Source of the DNA: a virus | Taxonomy: Duplodnaviria; Heunggongvirae; Uroviricota; Caudoviricetes | IMG/VR virus record: IMGVR_UViG_638341084_000025 | DNA: 24,021 bases | Strand: one strand, 5' to 3' | In this document: piece after piece, positions 21,698-24,021 of the stretch | How the letters are laid out: the number at the start of each line of letters is the position of its first letter | Position numbering within the stretch: the stretch's first letter is position 1 | Notes under the pieces: generated by a model | Databases searched by the model: none | Seen by the model: only the letters and a program-made list of their open reading frames with translations | Told to the model about the DNA's origin: nothing | Program-made: the position numbers and the translations under genes

Positions 21698-23304
21698 CAG
21701 TGAAATACTACGCCATTCTGACTAATCAGGGCGCGGCACGACTGGCTAACGCGACGATGCTCGGCAGTAAGCTGAATCTGACGCAAATGGCCGTTGGTGA
21801 TGCAAATGGTGTGTTACCAACACCAGACCCTGCACAAACAAAACTGATTAACCAGAAACGCATTGCACCGCTGAATCTTCTGAGTGTTGACCCTAACAAT
21901 CAGAGCCAGATTATTGCGGAGCAAATCATCCCTGAAAACGAGGGAGGATTCTGGATCCGTGAGATTGGTCTTTATGATGATGAAGGTGTACTCATTGCGG
22001 TGGCAAACTGCCCGGAAACGTACAAACCGCAGTTGCAGGAAGGCAGTGGTCGTACCCAGACTATCCGCATGATTCTGGTTGTCACGAACACCGAAGCCAT
22101 CACGCTGAAAATCGACCCGTCTGTGGTTCTGGCAACCCGCAAATATGTGGATGATAAAATCTCAGAGCACGAACAGTCACGACATCACCCGGACGCCTCG
22201 CTGACCGCAAAAGGTTTTACTCAGTTAAGCAGTGCAATTAACAGTGAATCAGAAACACTGGCCGCAACACCGAAAGCAGTTAAGGCTGCATATGACCTGG
22301 CTGACGGGAAATATACCGCCCAGAACGCCACCACAACACAAAAAGGGATTGTTCAGCTCAGTAGCGCCACGAACAGCACGTCTGAAACGCTGGCAGCAAC
22401 ACCAAAAGCTGTTAAGGCGGTAATGGATGAAACGAACAAGAAAGCACCATTAAACAGCCCGGCACTGACCGGAACGCCAACAACACCAACAGCGCCACAG
22501 GGGACTAATAGTACCCAGATCGCAAGCACGGCTTTCGTTATGGCCGCGATTGCCGCACTTGTAGATTCGTCACCTGATGCACTAAACACGCTGAGCGAAC
22601 TGGCTGCGGCGCTGGGCAATGACCCGAATTTTGCGACCACCATGACTAACGCGCTTGCGGGTAAGCAACCGAAAGATGCCACCCTGACGGCGCTGGCCGG
22701 GCTTGTTACTGCGGCAGACAGGTTTCCGTATTTTACGGGGAATGACGTTGCCAGTTTGGCAACCCTGACAGAAGTCGGGCGGGATATTCTTGCGAAATCG
22801 ACCGTTGCCGCTGTTATCGAATACCTCGGTTTACAGGAAACGGTAAACAAGGCTGGTAACGCCGTTCAGCGTTCCGGCGATAAAATGACCGGAGAACTGA
22901 AAATTGGAACGATGAATGCGCTGCGAATTTTTAATGATGCCTTCGGTCTTATTTTCCGCCGTTCAGAAGAGTCCCTTCATTTCATCCCTACGGCTGAAGG
23001 ACAAGGCGAAAACGGTGATATCGGCCCATTAAGGCCATTCGCTATAAATCTAAGAACAGGTGCTATATATGTCAGCCACGGGGCCAAAATTGAAGGAGGT
23101 CTAGCTATTGGTGCTACTGATAACGCACTGGGTGAAAACTCCATTGTTCTGGGAGATAACGACACCGGATTTAGGCAAGATGGAGATGGTATTATTAGCT
23201 TCTATTCAAATGGTTCGCGCATCGGACATATTGATGGGTTAGGATTACATCTTTATAAAGATATTGAATCTAATTGCAGCAATTTTAGATTAAAAAGTAA
23301 TTAG
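21694..23304 (+). CDS. H: Tail fibre protein H (P2 gpH-like), 3' end abutting IS2
   Basis: 536 aa; conserved N-terminus MTVKYYAILTNQGAARLANA; internal duplicated tail-fibre repeat (QLSSAxNSxSETLAATPKAVKA twice); AT-rich 3' portion; its stop codon TAG (23302-23304) is the first three bases of the IS2 left end. Confidence 0.85.
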   Translation: MTVKYYAILTNQGAARLANATMLGSKLNLTQMAVGDANGVLPTPDPAQTKLINQKRIAPLNLLSVDPNNQSQIIAEQIIPENEGGFWIREIGLYDDEGVLIAVANCPETYKPQLQEGSGRTQTIRMILVVTNTEAITLKIDPSVVLATRKYVDDKISEHEQSRHHPDASLTAKGFTQLSSAINSESETLAATPKAVKAAYDLADGKYTAQNATTTQKGIVQLSSATNSTSETLAATPKAVKAVMDETNKKAPLNSPALTGTPTTPTAPQGTNSTQIASTAFVMAAIAALVDSSPDALNTLSELAAALGNDPNFATTMTNALAGKQPKDATLTALAGLVTAADRFPYFTGNDVASLATLTEVGRDILAKSTVAAVIEYLGLQETVNKAGNAVQRSGDKMTGELKIGTMNALRIFNDAFGLIFRRSEESLHFIPTAEGQGENGDIGPLRPFAINLRTGAIYVSHGAKIEGGLAIGATDNALGENSIVLGDNDTGFRQDGDGIISFYSNGSRIGHIDGLGLHLYKDIESNCSNFRLKSN

Positions 23305-23392
23305 ACTGGCCCCCTGAATCTCCAGACAACCAGTATCACTTAAATAAGTGATAGTCTTAATACTAGTTTTTAGACTAGTCATTGGAGAACAG

Positions 23393-23758
23393 ATGATTGA
23401 TGTCTTAGGGCCGGAGAAACGCAGACGGCGTACCACACAGGAAAAGATCGCAATTGTTCAGCAGAGCTTTGAACCGGGGATGACGGTCTCTCTCGTTGCC
23501 CGGCAACATGGTGTAGCAGCCAGCCAGTTATTTCTCTGGCGTAAGCAATACCAGGAAGGAAGTCTTACCGCTGTCGCCGCCGGAGAACAGGTTGTTCCTG
23601 CCTCTGAACTTGTTGCCGCCATGAAGCAGATTAAAGAACTCCAGCGCCTGCTCGGCAAGAAAACGATGGAAAATGAACTCCTCAAAGAAGCCGTTGAATA
23701 TGGACGGGCAAAAAAGTGGATAGCGCACGCGCCCTTATTGCCCGGGGATGGGGAGTAA
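23393..23758 (+). CDS. insC: IS2 transposase OrfA (InsC)
   Basis: 121 aa, [56 protein letters not shown]... essentially identical to IS2 InsC as remembered. Confidence 0.9.
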   Translation: MIDVLGPEKRRRRTTQEKIAIVQQSFEPGMTVSLVARQHGVAASQLFLWRKQYQEGSLTAVAAGEQVVPASELVAAMKQIKELQRLLGKKTMENELLKEAVEYGRAKKWIAHAPLLPGDGE

Positions 23759-24021
23759 GCTTAGTCAGCCGTTGTCTCCGGGTGTCGCGTGCGCAGTTGC
23801 ACGTCATTCTCAGACGAACCGATGACTGGATGGATAGCCGCCGCAGTCGTCACACTGATGATACGGATGTGCTTCTCCGTATACACCATGTTATCGGAGA
23901 GCTGCCCACGTATGGTTATCGTCGGGTATGGGCGCTGCTTCGCAGACAGGCAGAACTTGATGGTATGCCTGCGATCAATGCCAAACGTGTTTACCGGATC
24001 ATGCGCCAGAATGCGCTGTTG
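23716..24021 (+). CDS. insD: IS2 transposase OrfB (InsD), 5' part only, -1 frame relative to insC
   Basis: From GTG 23716: [40 protein letters not shown]...[12 protein letters not shown], matching the IS2 InsD N-terminus; truncated by the window edge. Confidence 0.85.
   Translation, partial: MDSARALIARGWGVSLVSRCLRVSRAQLHVILRRTDDWMDSRRSRHTDDTDVLLRIHHVIGELPTYGYRRVWALLRRQAELDGMPAINAKRVYRIMRQNALL

Larger units (their letters stand above)
23302..24021 (+). mobile_element. IS2 (IS3 family), left end and first ~720 bp; continues beyond the window
   Basis: Left end TAGACTGGCCCCCTGAATCTCCAGACAAC matches the IS2 terminus from memory; followed by insC and insD with the A6G slippery site (AAAAAAG around 23710-23716). 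Confidence 0.9.

Noticed and set aside
22353-22850. 165-aa minus-strand ORF inside tail fibre H
   Set aside because: Ala/Ser/Val-rich shadow of the repeat-containing tail-fibre coding region.
1-24021. CRISPR arrays, rRNA or tRNA genes
   Set aside because: No regularly spaced direct repeats and no tRNA-like cloverleaf noticed by eye; a tRNA attachment site, if any, would be beyond the integrase end outside the window. A tRNA scan was not possible here.

Overview
This window is most of a P2-like (Peduovirus-type) temperate phage genome or prophage from an enterobacterial host, read from the integrase end. The backbone is syntenic with P2: int and C repressor (minus strand), cox and a run of small early genes, replication endonuclease A (HUH/Tyr motifs, 940 aa), an accessory island in the A-to-cos position, a candidate cos site, portal Q and terminase P (minus strand), then O-N-M-L-X, a lysis cassette, and tail/baseplate genes R-S-V-W-J-I-H. 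The tail-fibre gene H runs straight into the left end of an IS2 element (insC and partial insD) that continues past the window; no tail-fibre assembly gene lies between H and IS2. The most interesting region is 7.9-10.0 kb, where P2 carries tin/old. Here it holds a plasmid-type actin-like ParM/ParR segregation module with paired palindromes upstream, then an AT-rich segment with convergent promoters bracketed by perfect inverted repeats, a perfect 11-bp-stem hairpin, and a small Cys/His protein gene behind a terminator-like leader. A second unusual region is a GC-rich, structured, apparently non-coding ~320 bp insert at 4.12-4.44 kb with a candidate ~76-nt sRNA and repeat logic suggesting RNA-based control of the genes before A. 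Several small ORFs below the 60-aa track cutoff look real. The sequence contains a dozen N bases, so single frameshifts may be sequencing errors. All homology calls are from reading the translations against remembered family signatures; no search was run.
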